Shown here piece by piece: positions 1-9,009 of a stretch of DNA of 64,000 nucleotides. The notes below the pieces were generated by a model, which did not search any database, was not told the DNA's origin, and saw nothing but the letters and a program-made list of their open reading frames with translations. The stretch's first letter is position 1, and each line of letters opens with the position of its first letter. Where the stretch lies: positions 15,640 to 79,639 of the forward strand of contig CACNGH010000005.1 of assembly GCA_902619815.1 (NCBI GenBank), given 5' to 3'. The stretch is from an uncultured Pelagibacteraceae bacterium (GTDB taxonomy: Bacteria > Pseudomonadota > Alphaproteobacteria > Pelagibacterales > Pelagibacteraceae). The position numbers and the translations under genes were made by a program.

Positions 1-1
1 A

Positions 2-292
2 ACAATGATGGTGGATGCTAAATTAGTACTCCTTGATGAGGTAGGTGCAGGAGTTAATAGAACACTTTTAAAAGATCTAGGAAGTGCAATAGAAAAATTG
101 AATAAAGAAAAAGGATATACTTTTTGTATGATCGAACATGATATGGATTTTATTGGAAGATTATGTGACCCAGTAATTGTAATGGCTGAAGGTTCAGTTT
201 TATTTGAAGGCTCTGTGGAAGATGCAAAAAAAGATGAAAAGGTCATTGAGAGTTATCTTGGAAGAGGATCTAAAATTAAGGATCATAACTAA
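2..292 (+). CDS. livG: Branched-chain amino acid-type ABC transporter ATP-binding subunit (LivG-like), 5'-truncated by window
   Basis: Walker B LLDEVGAG, H-loop MIEHDM, C-terminal VIESYLG; directly upstream of LivF/H/M-like genes. Confidence 0.85.
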   Translation, partial: TMMVDAKLVLLDEVGAGVNRTLLKDLGSAIEKLNKEKGYTFCMIEHDMDFIGRLCDPVIVMAEGSVLFEGSVEDAKKDEKVIESYLGRGSKIKDHN

Positions 293-999
293 TGGCATAT
301 TTTGAGGGGATAGAAATGACAGGAGGTTATGGAAATGGTCCTGATATAATAAACTCATGTACAGTAAATGTTAACAGAGGCGAAATAGTATCAATTCTAG
401 GTCCTAATGGAGCAGGTAAGTCTACTGCTATGAAAGCTATGTTAGGCTTATTAAATTTAAAATCTGGATCAATTAAAATAAACGGTAAAGATATTTCTAA
501 TCTTTCTCCACAAGATAGAGTTAAAGAAGGTATTTCTTTTGTTCCTCAAAACAAAAATGTTTTTGCCGGCATGACAGTTGAAGAGAACTTAGAAATGGGA
601 GCATTTCTCTTAAATGAGAAAATAGAAAATATAATAGGGGAAATTTATGAATTATTCCCAATTTTAAAAGAAAAAAGAAACCAATTAGTGGGTGAACTAT
701 CAGGTGGTCAAAGACAACAGGTTGCACTTGGTAGAGCGCTTATGATTAAACCAACAGTTTTGATGCTTGATGAGCCTACTGCTGGTGTTTCACCAATTGT
801 AATGGATGAATTGTTTGATCATATAGTAAAAGTCAAAAGAAACGATGTAGCAATTCTAATGGTTGAACAAAATGCCAAACAAGCATTGAGCATTTCTGAT
901 AGAGGTTATGTTTTGGTAACCGGAGAAAATCGTTATTCAGGAACAGGTAATGAGTTATTAAACGATCCAAGAGTAAGAAGCTCTTTTTTAGGAGGTTGA
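292..999 (+). CDS. livF: Branched-chain amino acid-type ABC transporter ATP-binding subunit (LivF-like)
   Basis: Walker A GPNGAGKS, signature LSGGQRQ, LDEPTAG, VEQNA. Confidence 0.9.
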   Translation: MAYFEGIEMTGGYGNGPDIINSCTVNVNRGEIVSILGPNGAGKSTAMKAMLGLLNLKSGSIKINGKDISNLSPQDRVKEGISFVPQNKNVFAGMTVEENLEMGAFLLNEKIENIIGEIYELFPILKEKRNQLVGELSGGQRQQVALGRALMIKPTVLMLDEPTAGVSPIVMDELFDHIVKVKRNDVAILMVEQNAKQALSISDRGYVLVTGENRYSGTGNELLNDPRVRSSFLGG

Positions 1000-1000
1000 T

Positions 1001-2011
1001 GTGGATATATTAAATGCATTAATTCTTTTATTAAATTATATTTTTATACCTGCACTTACATATGGGTCTCAATTAGCTCTTGGAGCAATTTTTGTTACTT
1101 TAATTTATGGAATTTTAAGATTTGCTAATTTTGCAACTGGAGACATGATGTCTTTTGGGACCATGGTAACAATATTATTCACCTGGTATTTTCAGTCACT
1201 AGGAATTTCTTTAGGAGTGTTGCCAACTGCATTAATAGCTATTCCTTTTGGAATTTTATTTATGATAGTTTATATGCTTTCGATAGATAAATTTGTATTT
1301 AAATATTACAGAGTTAACAAAAGCCCCCCTGTGCAATTAGCCATGGTTAGCATTGGAGTTATGTTTGTTACTCAAGCAGTGGTTAGAATTATTATTGGAC
1401 CTTCAGACCAAAGATTTTTTGATGGAGAAAAATTTATAATTAAAGCTAGAGAATTTAAAGAAATGACAGGACTTAATGAAGGTCTAGCATTGAAATCAAC
1501 ACAAGTAATTACAGTATTAGTTACAATTGTATTAGTGTCTTTGTTGTTTTGGTTTTTAAATAAAACTAAAACTGGTAAAAGCATGAAAGCTTATTCGGAT
1601 AACGAAGACTTGGCTTTACTTTCAGGAATAGATCCTAAAAAAATTGTAATGATAACATGGATAATTGCTGGAATCTTGGCAACTATAGGTGGTGCTTTGT
1701 ATGGATTAGATAAAAGCTTTAAACCATTTACTTATTTTAACAATATGCTTCCAATATTTGCTGCTGCTATTGTTGGGGGAATTGGAAACCCATTTGGTGC
1801 TTTTTTAGGAGGATATGTCATAGCTTTTTCTGAGATATTTCTAACTTATGCATATAAGAAATTTTTTATGTATATGTTGCCTGAAAGTATGGAACCTGAG
1901 AGTTTAGTTCAGCTTTTATCTACAGATTATAAATTTGCAGTCTCATTTTCAATATTAGTAATTGTATTACTCTATAGACCATCTGGGATATTTAAAGGGA
2001 AGGTACTGTGA
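1001..2011 (+). CDS. livH: Branched-chain amino acid-type ABC transporter permease (LivH-like)
   Basis: Polytopic; TLIYGILRFANFATG, GKSMKAYSDN, AAIVGGIG, RPSGIFKG. Confidence 0.88.
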   Translation: MDILNALILLLNYIFIPALTYGSQLALGAIFVTLIYGILRFANFATGDMMSFGTMVTILFTWYFQSLGISLGVLPTALIAIPFGILFMIVYMLSIDKFVFKYYRVNKSPPVQLAMVSIGVMFVTQAVVRIIIGPSDQRFFDGEKFIIKAREFKEMTGLNEGLALKSTQVITVLVTIVLVSLLFWFLNKTKTGKSMKAYSDNEDLALLSGIDPKKIVMITWIIAGILATIGGALYGLDKSFKPFTYFNNMLPIFAAAIVGGIGNPFGAFLGGYVIAFSEIFLTYAYKKFFMYMLPESMEPESLVQLLSTDYKFAVSFSILVIVLLYRPSGIFKGKVL

Positions 2012-3378
2012 GAAAAAATTTAAATGTTATTGCTGCTTATAGCATAATGATGGTTTTAATTATTCTTGTTGGTGTTTTTCAATCTTGGAATATCGCATTA
2101 TCAATTTTCAATATGTGTTTAATCTCAGCTGTAATGACAATGGGTGCAAACATTCAGTGGGGTTATGCAGGATTAATTAATTTTGGAATTATGGGATATA
2201 CCGCGCTAGGTGGATTGGCTGCAGTTTTGATTTCTGTTGATCCTGTTCAAGAAGCTTGGAGTGCTGGAGGTTTTGATATCTTGATGTGTCTATGGCTTAT
2301 CATAGCATTAGTATTAATTATTCGATTTATTTTAAAGAATTTTCAAAAGTCAAAGGTGAGAACTTATAGTATTGCAGCTCTTATAATCTCAGGAATTATA
2401 CTAATAAGATTCACAGCAGAACCAGGTATTGAGGCAATTGAGGATATCAATCCAGCCAAAACAGGTTTTCTTGGCGGTTTTGGATTACCTATTATTTTTT
2501 CATGGATAGTTGGTGCTTTTTTTGCGGGAGGTTTAGCATTTATAGTTGGAAAAGTGGCTTTAGGGTTAAGAGCTGACTATTTAGCAATTGCTACTCTTTT
2601 AATTTCAGAAATTGTTATAGCAATTATAAAACATGAGGACTGGTTAACTAGAGGTGTTAAAAATGTAATTGGTCTTAAAAGACCAGCTCCTTATGAAGTA
2701 GATCTTCAATCAACAGACTGGTTTATAACTTTAGTTGAAAAATTTAATTCTGGAAAATTAGAAGTATTTTCTAATTTATCTGATCGACAAGCTGCATTAA
2801 ACCAACTTGTAATAGAAGGCTCTTCTATCTTTGTAAAACTTTGTTATTCAGGATTATTTTTAACAGTAGTAATTATTTTATTAATCTTGACACAAAAAGC
2901 TCTTTACTCTCCGTGGGGTAGAATGATGAGAGCTATCAGAGATAATGAAGAAGCAGCAAACGCTATGGGAAAAAATGTTGTTAAACAGCATTTGTTAATT
3001 TTTATTTTAGGATCAGCAATTGTTGGAATTGCAGGAGCAATGTTGGTTACGCAAGATGGATTGTTTACCCCAGGAAGTTATCGACCCATGAGATATACCT
3101 TTTTAATTTGGGTTATGGTTATAGTGGGCGGAAGTGGAAATAATTTTGGAGCTATATTAGGTGGTTTTGCAGTTTGGTTTTTATGGATAGAGGCTGCTCC
3201 AATTGCTTTATTTTTAATAAACTTTTTTACTGCAGGGATGTCAGAAACTCATGCTCTAAAACTACATTTAATAGAGAGTGTACCTTACTTTAGATTTTTA
3301 ATGATGGGATTAGGTTTGTTGCTGATAATGAGGTATCGACCAAAAGGTATACTTCCTGAAAAAATAGAAATAAAATAA
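2008..3378 (+). CDS. livM: Branched-chain amino acid-type ABC transporter permease (LivM-like)
   Basis: GYAGLINFG, LRADYLAIATL, SPWGRMMRAIRDNE, RPKGILPE; GTG start overlaps livH stop. Confidence 0.88.
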   Translation: MRKNLNVIAAYSIMMVLIILVGVFQSWNIALSIFNMCLISAVMTMGANIQWGYAGLINFGIMGYTALGGLAAVLISVDPVQEAWSAGGFDILMCLWLIIALVLIIRFILKNFQKSKVRTYSIAALIISGIILIRFTAEPGIEAIEDINPAKTGFLGGFGLPIIFSWIVGAFFAGGLAFIVGKVALGLRADYLAIATLLISEIVIAIIKHEDWLTRGVKNVIGLKRPAPYEVDLQSTDWFITLVEKFNSGKLEVFSNLSDRQAALNQLVIEGSSIFVKLCYSGLFLTVVIILLILTQKALYSPWGRMMRAIRDNEEAANAMGKNVVKQHLLIFILGSAIVGIAGAMLVTQDGLFTPGSYRPMRYTFLIWVMVIVGGSGNNFGAILGGFAVWFLWIEAAPIALFLINFFTAGMSETHALKLHLIESVPYFRFLMMGLGLLLIMRYRPKGILPEKIEIK

Positions 3379-3384
3379 GTTATT

Positions 3385-3453
3385 ATGAAATATATTATAT
3401 TAGGTGCCGCAATTGCTTGGGCCATGTACATGGCTGATAAGTATATGTTTTAA
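3385..3453 (+). CDS. Putative 22-aa hydrophobic small protein MKYIILGAAIAWAMYMADKYMF (not in ORF track)
   Basis: ATG 6 nt after livM stop, TAA directly before the terminator; one hydrophobic segment. Confidence 0.4.
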   Translation: MKYIILGAAIAWAMYMADKYMF

Positions 3454-3490
3454 AAAAAACCCCAATAACTTTAGCTATCGGGGTTTTTTA
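3454..3490. terminator. Intrinsic terminator between convergent livM and binding-protein genes, probably bidirectional
   Basis: Minus strand CCCCGATAGC-TAAA-GTTATTGGGG 10-bp stem (two G-U) with T-tract; the plus strand also ends in a T-tract. Confidence 0.85.
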
Positions 3491-3500
3491 TAGGTAAAAA

Positions 3501-4691
3501 TTATCTTTGTTTTTTAGTTTTAAACTTTCCACCTTTAATTTCTTGCTCTAAAAAAGAACCTTCAGCTTCACCAACTGCGGTAAAAGCTACTCCAGTTGCA
3601 CCTTCGTAGTTAATCTTTTTACCTTTAGCTAGTAAATCTAAACCTTTTTTTAGTTCACCTGGATAAATCTTTGTTCCAGGAGCATTAGCAACATCCATCA
3701 CATTTTTTGCAATAGAACCTCTGTCTGCAGAATTACCTGCTTGCATTGCTAAAACGATTAAAGCTGCTGCATCGTATGACTCGCCTGTATAAGGTCCAGA
3801 AGAGTCTATACCACTTGCTTTTGCAACATCAGCAAAAACACCAGCACCTTTTCCAGTAGAACCAGGCATAGATCCAAAAGATTTACTCAAATCTTTTCCA
3901 AATGCATCAACCAAAGATTGACCGATCATACCATCAGATAAAATAAATTTATCAAATGCACCAGAATCTAATGAAGCTTGGATAATTCCTTTTCCACCTT
4001 GGTCAAGATATCCAATTACAGCTACAGCGTCTCCACCAGCTGAAGCAAGTGTTGCAACTTCTGATGAATAGTCAGCTTTACCGTCTTCGTGAGCTGTTAC
4101 TGTTGTTACTTTAATGCCATGAGCTTTAACAGCTGCTTCGTATACGTCAGCTAAACCTTTTCCATAGTCATTATTAGTATAAGTAATAGCTACACTTTTA
4201 ACTTTTCTATCTTTTGTAATATCTGCAAGAATTTGACCACCTCTAGCATCTGATGGAGCAGTTCTAAAGAAATATCCATTATCATCTAAAGTAGTTAATC
4301 CTGGAGAGGTTGCTGAAGGTGAAATCATTACTACACCGTTTGGTACAGCAACGTTTGATGCAATAGCACCTGTAACACCTGAACAATCAGCTCCCATGAT
4401 AGCAGCTACACCTTGTGAAATAATTCCTTCAGCTGCTGCAGTTGCTGCTGCAGAGTCGACACAAGTTGAGTCTGCTCTTACTGGTTCAATTTTTTTTCCA
4501 CCTAATAGCGAACCTGAATCAGAAGCTTCTTTAAATGCAAGCTCTGCTGATGCTGCCATAGCTGGTGTAAGAGATTCGATAGGACCTGTGAATCCTAAAA
4601 TAATCCCCATCTTGATAGCATGTCCGTCTGCCATTACATTCGATCCGAAACTAGAAACAAACATAAATACAGCGATAAATAGTTTTCTCAT
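3501..4691 (-). CDS. ABC transporter substrate-binding protein, LivK/LivJ family
   Basis: Signal peptide; GIILGFTGP, MISPSATSP, FFRTAPSD, YDAAALI; SD GAGG upstream. Confidence 0.9.
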   Translation of the reverse strand: MRKLFIAVFMFVSSFGSNVMADGHAIKMGIILGFTGPIESLTPAMAASAELAFKEASDSGSLLGGKKIEPVRADSTCVDSAAATAAAEGIISQGVAAIMGADCSGVTGAIASNVAVPNGVVMISPSATSPGLTTLDDNGYFFRTAPSDARGGQILADITKDRKVKSVAITYTNNDYGKGLADVYEAAVKAHGIKVTTVTAHEDGKADYSSEVATLASAGGDAVAVIGYLDQGGKGIIQASLDSGAFDKFILSDGMIGQSLVDAFGKDLSKSFGSMPGSTGKGAGVFADVAKASGIDSSGPYTGESYDAAALIVLAMQAGNSADRGSIAKNVMDVANAPGTKIYPGELKKGLDLLAKGKKINYEGATGVAFTAVGEAEGSFLEQEIKGGKFKTKKQR

Positions 4692-4803
4692 TATCTTCCT
4701 CTATATTGTTAAAAATTTATAAAAACTAATTTAATTATGAATAATTTAAATATTCAATGACTAAATTATCGTGTTTTAAAGCAGTTTATCGCAGTAAATT
4801 GAT

Positions 4804-6285
4804 TTATCTAATTGAGAATGGATCTAATGAAGGTTCATCAGATGTATAAAACCAAGTTGTTTTTACTCTTGTATAATCTTTAATAGAATCTATGCCAGCT
4901 TCTTTGCCGTACCCACTGTCCTTTATACCTCCAAATGGAGCCGAAGGTGAAATTAGTCTGTAAGTATTAACAAAAGTAATTCCAGCTCTTATTGCCTTAG
5001 ATACTCTCATTCCTCTTGATAAATTGCTTGTATAAACACCTGAGGATAATCCATATTGATTATCATTCATTTTATTAATTACTTCCTCCTCTGTATCAAA
5101 TTTCATTACTGATAATATAGGCCCAAATAACTCATTTTCTGCAGTTGGCAGATTGTGATTATCACATTCTATAATTGTTGGTGGGAAGTAGTATCCTTTG
5201 TTTGAAAAGGAGTCTCTTTTACCACCACACTTAATTTTTCCACCTTGATCAACCGTATCTTTAATATTTTTTTCAATTGTCTCTAATTGTTTAAAACTAC
5301 TTAAAGGACCCATCTCTGTATCCAGATCCATTGGAGCTCCTATTTTTATTTTTGAAGCTCTACTAGAAAGCTTATCTAAAAATTCTTTATAAATTCCTTT
5401 TTGTATGTAAAGCCTTGAACCTGCAATACAGCTTTGTCCACTTGCTCCAAAAATTCCAGCAGTTATTCCATTCATTGCATTTTCTTGCTCCGCATCGTCA
5501 AATACAGCGACTGGACTTTTTCCACCAAGCTCTAAACTTACTTCAGAAAGATTTTCTGCTGAATTTTTAATAATACGTCTTGCAGTTTCTGGTCCTCCAG
5601 TAAATGCAATTTTCTCTACTAGATTATGTGTTGTTAAAGTTTTACCACAAGGATCGCCAAAACCTGTAATGACATTAACCACTCCTTTAGGTATGCCAGT
5701 TTTCTCAATAAGTTTTGCAAATTCAAACAAAACAGCAGGTGCAAGCTCTGAGGATTTTATAACCACAGTATTTCCCATTGCAAGGGCAGGGGCTAATTTA
5801 GTTGCTGTTAAGAACATTTGAGAGTTCCATGGAATGATTGCAGCAACAACTCCAATAGGTATTCTCGTTGTTATTGCTTGAACATTTGGTTTGTCTATTG
5901 GAAGAACTGTGCCTTCAACTTTATCAGCTAAACCCGCATAATAATCATAGTATTCTGCAATATAGTTTGCTTGTTGTTTCGTTTCTCTAAAAAGTTTTCC
6001 AGTATCTATGGTTTCAACCTTACCAAGCATCTCAGCATTTTTTCTTAACTGATCTCCAATTGCTCTTAAAAATTTAGCTCTATCTCTTGGAAGTAATTTT
6101 GGCCATTCACCTTCAAATGCTTTTTGTGCAGCTTTTACAGCTCTATCCACATCTTTTGTACTTGCCTCTGGCACAACTGCCCAAGGTTCATTATTTTCAG
6201 GATTTAAGGTTTCAAATGTTTTTTTACTTTCAGAGTCAACCCACTCCCCATCAATAAACATTTTATATTGTTTAAGTTTGCTCAT
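4804..6285 (-). CDS. NAD(P)-dependent aldehyde dehydrogenase (possibly TgnC-like)
   Basis: PWNSQ, FTGG, LELGGKSP, catalytic Cys in GQSCIAG, ELFGP, PFGG. Confidence 0.9.
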   Translation of the reverse strand: MSKLKQYKMFIDGEWVDSESKKTFETLNPENNEPWAVVPEASTKDVDRAVKAAQKAFEGEWPKLLPRDRAKFLRAIGDQLRKNAEMLGKVETIDTGKLFRETKQQANYIAEYYDYYAGLADKVEGTVLPIDKPNVQAITTRIPIGVVAAIIPWNSQMFLTATKLAPALAMGNTVVIKSSELAPAVLFEFAKLIEKTGIPKGVVNVITGFGDPCGKTLTTHNLVEKIAFTGGPETARRIIKNSAENLSEVSLELGGKSPVAVFDDAEQENAMNGITAGIFGASGQSCIAGSRLYIQKGIYKEFLDKLSSRASKIKIGAPMDLDTEMGPLSSFKQLETIEKNIKDTVDQGGKIKCGGKRDSFSNKGYYFPPTIIECDNHNLPTAENELFGPILSVMKFDTEEEVINKMNDNQYGLSSGVYTSNLSRGMRVSKAIRAGITFVNTYRLISPSAPFGGIKDSGYGKEAGIDSIKDYTRVKTTWFYTSDEPSLDPFSIR

Positions 6286-7060
6286 TAATATCTAAAAAAT
6301 TTTTAATAGTTAAATTTACTTCATCTGCACACTCAATACTACAAAGATGTTTGCCGTTTTCTATTATCTTCAATTTGCTGTTGTTGATTATTTGATTTAA
6401 TTCTTTTGCCATTTTAATTGTTGATCCCATATCAAGTTCACCAGTAATAATTAAAGTATTAACTTTTATTTTGTCAAAATCTTCATCATTTTTATGTTTA
6501 ACAAAAAGCTCATATAATTTTAGAAAATTTGTCATGTTATTTGACGAAATAATTGAGCTTATTTTTTCATACATATCTGGATTTTTTTCTAAATATTTGT
6601 CAGTAAACCATCTTTTAAGAGCTTGTTTCGAAAGCTTTAATTCTTTTTGAGCTTGCTCAAAACGTTGGTTTACAGTTTTTTGTTGTTCATCTGATCTTTT
6701 ATAAATTGAACCTATAAGTATTAATGATTTTAATCTTTGATTAAATCTCGATGCAAAATTCCTAGCAATCAAAGAACCGATCGAAAAGCCAATTAAGTGT
6801 AACTTTTGTATCCCAAGTTCATCTGTTAAGTCAATTATTTGGTCTGCAAGATCATCAAAAGATATGTTTTTTTTATTTAAAGAAGACTTACCGTGACCCA
6901 AAATATCGTAAGCAAGAACGGTTCGGTTTTTGAAAAAATCTAATTGGGGTTGCCAAATTTCGTAAGTTAAGCCAACACCATGAATAAACACGATGGGAAT
7001 ATCCTGCTCTTTTTTATTGAAGAAATAATGAGTTCCTGATGCAGTAGTTGCTATGGTCAT
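6272..7060 (-). CDS. Alpha/beta-fold hydrolase (possibly TgnD-like)
   Basis: FIHGVG, YDILGHGKS, nucleophile elbow GFSIG, GELD, C-terminal GKH. Confidence 0.88.
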   Translation of the reverse strand: MTIATTASGTHYFFNKKEQDIPIVFIHGVGLTYEIWQPQLDFFKNRTVLAYDILGHGKSSLNKKNISFDDLADQIIDLTDELGIQKLHLIGFSIGSLIARNFASRFNQRLKSLILIGSIYKRSDEQQKTVNQRFEQAQKELKLSKQALKRWFTDKYLEKNPDMYEKISSIISSNNMTNFLKLYELFVKHKNDEDFDKIKVNTLIITGELDMGSTIKMAKELNQIINNSKLKIIENGKHLCSIECADEVNLTIKNFLDINEQT

Positions 7061-7066
7061 TAAGTT

Positions 7067-7654
7067 TTACTTAGGCTCAATACCCATCTCTTTCATATCC
7101 TGATATCTATCACCTGTCCTTGCATGGGCTCTTCCACTTGAAGCACCTCCTATTGCGATCACAATCTCATCATCAAATGGTGCATCGTGAATAGTAAACT
7201 CATGAGTTAAATAATATGGCCTCAAACCCGAGTCTGTTTTGTGCATCATGGGAATTGATATTTTTGAACCAGCTGGACCCCTAGTATTTGTAAAACTTAA
7301 ATAAGATGTGCCGCCAACAGCATCTCTAAATTTATTCCCAAATCTTAAAGTATGTATAAACGCTGAGGCATGCTCTATCTCTCCGTTTAATCCAACAACT
7401 CCAGCTTTTCCATATGCTAGTATTTTATCAGGTGAACCCATCTCTTCAATTAATTCAGGCACAAGTAAATCTCCAAGTTTAGGAGCTAAATCCAAAATAG
7501 TTGGTCTAAGATCTTCAACAAAGCCTTGCCCGTGCCAAGGATTTTGAAAGACTGCAGCTACTGAAACTAATAAAACTGGTTCCTTAGCTTTCTTTCCACC
7601 TTCAATAAAAGTTTTGTCTACAAATTTTGTAAATTTCCTGATTTCTAATTTCAT
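7067..7654 (-). CDS. DUF1185 / 'amino acid synthesis family' protein
   Basis: AAVFQNPWHG, YGKAGVVGLNGEIEHASAFIH, IPMMHK, DAPFDDEIVIA, GRAHAR as recalled for this family. Confidence 0.8.
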   Translation of the reverse strand: MKLEIRKFTKFVDKTFIEGGKKAKEPVLLVSVAAVFQNPWHGQGFVEDLRPTILDLAPKLGDLLVPELIEEMGSPDKILAYGKAGVVGLNGEIEHASAFIHTLRFGNKFRDAVGGTSYLSFTNTRGPAGSKISIPMMHKTDSGLRPYYLTHEFTIHDAPFDDEIVIAIGGASSGRAHARTGDRYQDMKEMGIEPK

Positions 7655-8820
7655 TAACTTGCTTTTTCTATGTTGGAGCTATCTAAATTTATTTTAGGAA
7701 TTACTTCATCATTAAATAATTTAATACTTCTCATACAAGCCTCATGGTCTATTCCTGGAAAATTTGACCACACCTGAAGGTTTTGTAAATTCAACTCTGA
7801 TTTTAATTCATTGATCCTGTTAACAACATATTCTGGAGTACCAAATAATAAATTTCTTTTATGTAAAAATTCATAATTTAGCAATTCCAACTTATGTTTT
7901 GTTTCAGGTAATTCTTCACCTGGATCCATATGATTTCCTAAACCACGCCAATGACAAACCCATCTCATATAATTTATAATATGTTCACCAGCTAATTTTT
8001 CAGCTTCTTCCATAGTTTCAGCAACAAACATATCGCGTACTAAAGATATACCTTCACCCAAGGGAACTTCTCTATTCTCTGCTTTTGACTTTGCATCTTT
8101 GAAAATCTCAAATCTTTTCTTAAGAGCTTTAACTGTAGGTATCCACATAATAGTATTCAAACCGTTTTGTGCAGCCCATTCAATTGATCTCGCACCATCT
8201 ACTACTTGCCAAATTGGTGGATGTGGACTTTGTTTAGGCTTAGGGACAACACTAATTTTTTTTATTTCATTCGTCTCAATGTCCACAAACTCTTCATTAG
8301 GCGGGCTCATGTCGTGTTGCCACACAAAATTTGGAGATGGATAAGTATAGAATTCACCCTTATGACTAAAAAATTCCTCAGTCCATGCTTTTTTCATTAT
8401 TGTAAGAGACTCTTCAAACAATCTAAAATTTTTTGCTTGGTCCTTTAGATCGGCTTCTTTATTTAAATTCATTGCCTCTCTTCCATAAATTCCTCTGCCT
8501 ATACCAACTAGAGCTCTTCCGTTTGATAATTGATCTAATAAAGCAATGTCTTCAGCCAGTCTTAAAGGATTATGAAATGTAATGACATTGCATGCTTGTC
8601 CAATCTTTATTTGCTTAGTTCTTGCAGCAGCATCAACTCCCATCATTAATGGATTAGTACAAGACTCCATTCCCTCATGATTAAAATGATGCTCGGTATA
8701 CCAAATAGAGTCCCAATTATTTTCGTCACAATAAGTTGTTATCTCTTTTGTTTCATCTAGCAATTGATTGTAAGGTTTATGATCCCAATTAGTGGTGTTA
8801 CAAAAATATCCAAACTTCAT
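7654..8820 (-). CDS. Luciferase-like (LLM class) flavin-dependent monooxygenase
   Basis: WYTEHHF, NPLRLAEDIALLDQLSNGR, GIGRG, PKPKQSPHPPIW, GTPE, FNDEVIP; SD AAGGAGG. Confidence 0.92.
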   Translation of the reverse strand: MKFGYFCNTTNWDHKPYNQLLDETKEITTYCDENNWDSIWYTEHHFNHEGMESCTNPLMMGVDAAARTKQIKIGQACNVITFHNPLRLAEDIALLDQLSNGRALVGIGRGIYGREAMNLNKEADLKDQAKNFRLFEESLTIMKKAWTEEFFSHKGEFYTYPSPNFVWQHDMSPPNEEFVDIETNEIKKISVVPKPKQSPHPPIWQVVDGARSIEWAAQNGLNTIMWIPTVKALKKRFEIFKDAKSKAENREVPLGEGISLVRDMFVAETMEEAEKLAGEHIINYMRWVCHWRGLGNHMDPGEELPETKHKLELLNYEFLHKRNLLFGTPEYVVNRINELKSELNLQNLQVWSNFPGIDHEACMRSIKLFNDEVIPKINLDSSNIEKAS

Positions 8821-8908
8821 TCGAACCTCCTTAAATAATTAAATCTAAGACGATCGATCCCACTTTCGTAAATTTATGAATTTACCGACGAGTTATGTAT
8901 CGTTCTAT
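8821..8908 (-). ncRNA. Candidate cis-regulatory structured 5' leader (putative translational riboswitch) of the LLM operon
   Basis: SD-sequestering hairpin 8821-8857 competes with stem ACGAU/AUCGU (8899-8903 with 8850-8854), which encloses hairpin GUAAAUU-CAUA-AAUUUAC; hand folding only. Confidence 0.45.
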
Positions 8909-8914
8909 AAAAGA

Positions 8915-8943
8915 ACTCTATTATTAGTAATGTTTATATTCAA
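8915..8943 (-). promoter_or_regulatory. Putative sigma70 promoter of LLM operon
   Basis: TTGAAT (8938-8943) - 17 nt - TAGAGT (8915-8920) on minus strand. Confidence 0.5.
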
Positions 8944-9009
8944 TAAGTTTTATATATGGGTCTAATTCAAAAAATCTAATATTTACCTGTTGTTTGAAAC
9001 TTTATTAAA

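Noticed and set aside
8850-8903. Assigning the leader to a known class: AACUCGU...GGGA recalls my memory of the THF-II (folE) riboswitch, and GAAA after a hairpin recalls hammerhead ribozymes
   Set aside because: Loop nucleotides differ from what I recall for THF-II, the gene context is not folE, and there is no CUGAnGA hammerhead core; cannot be assigned without cmscan
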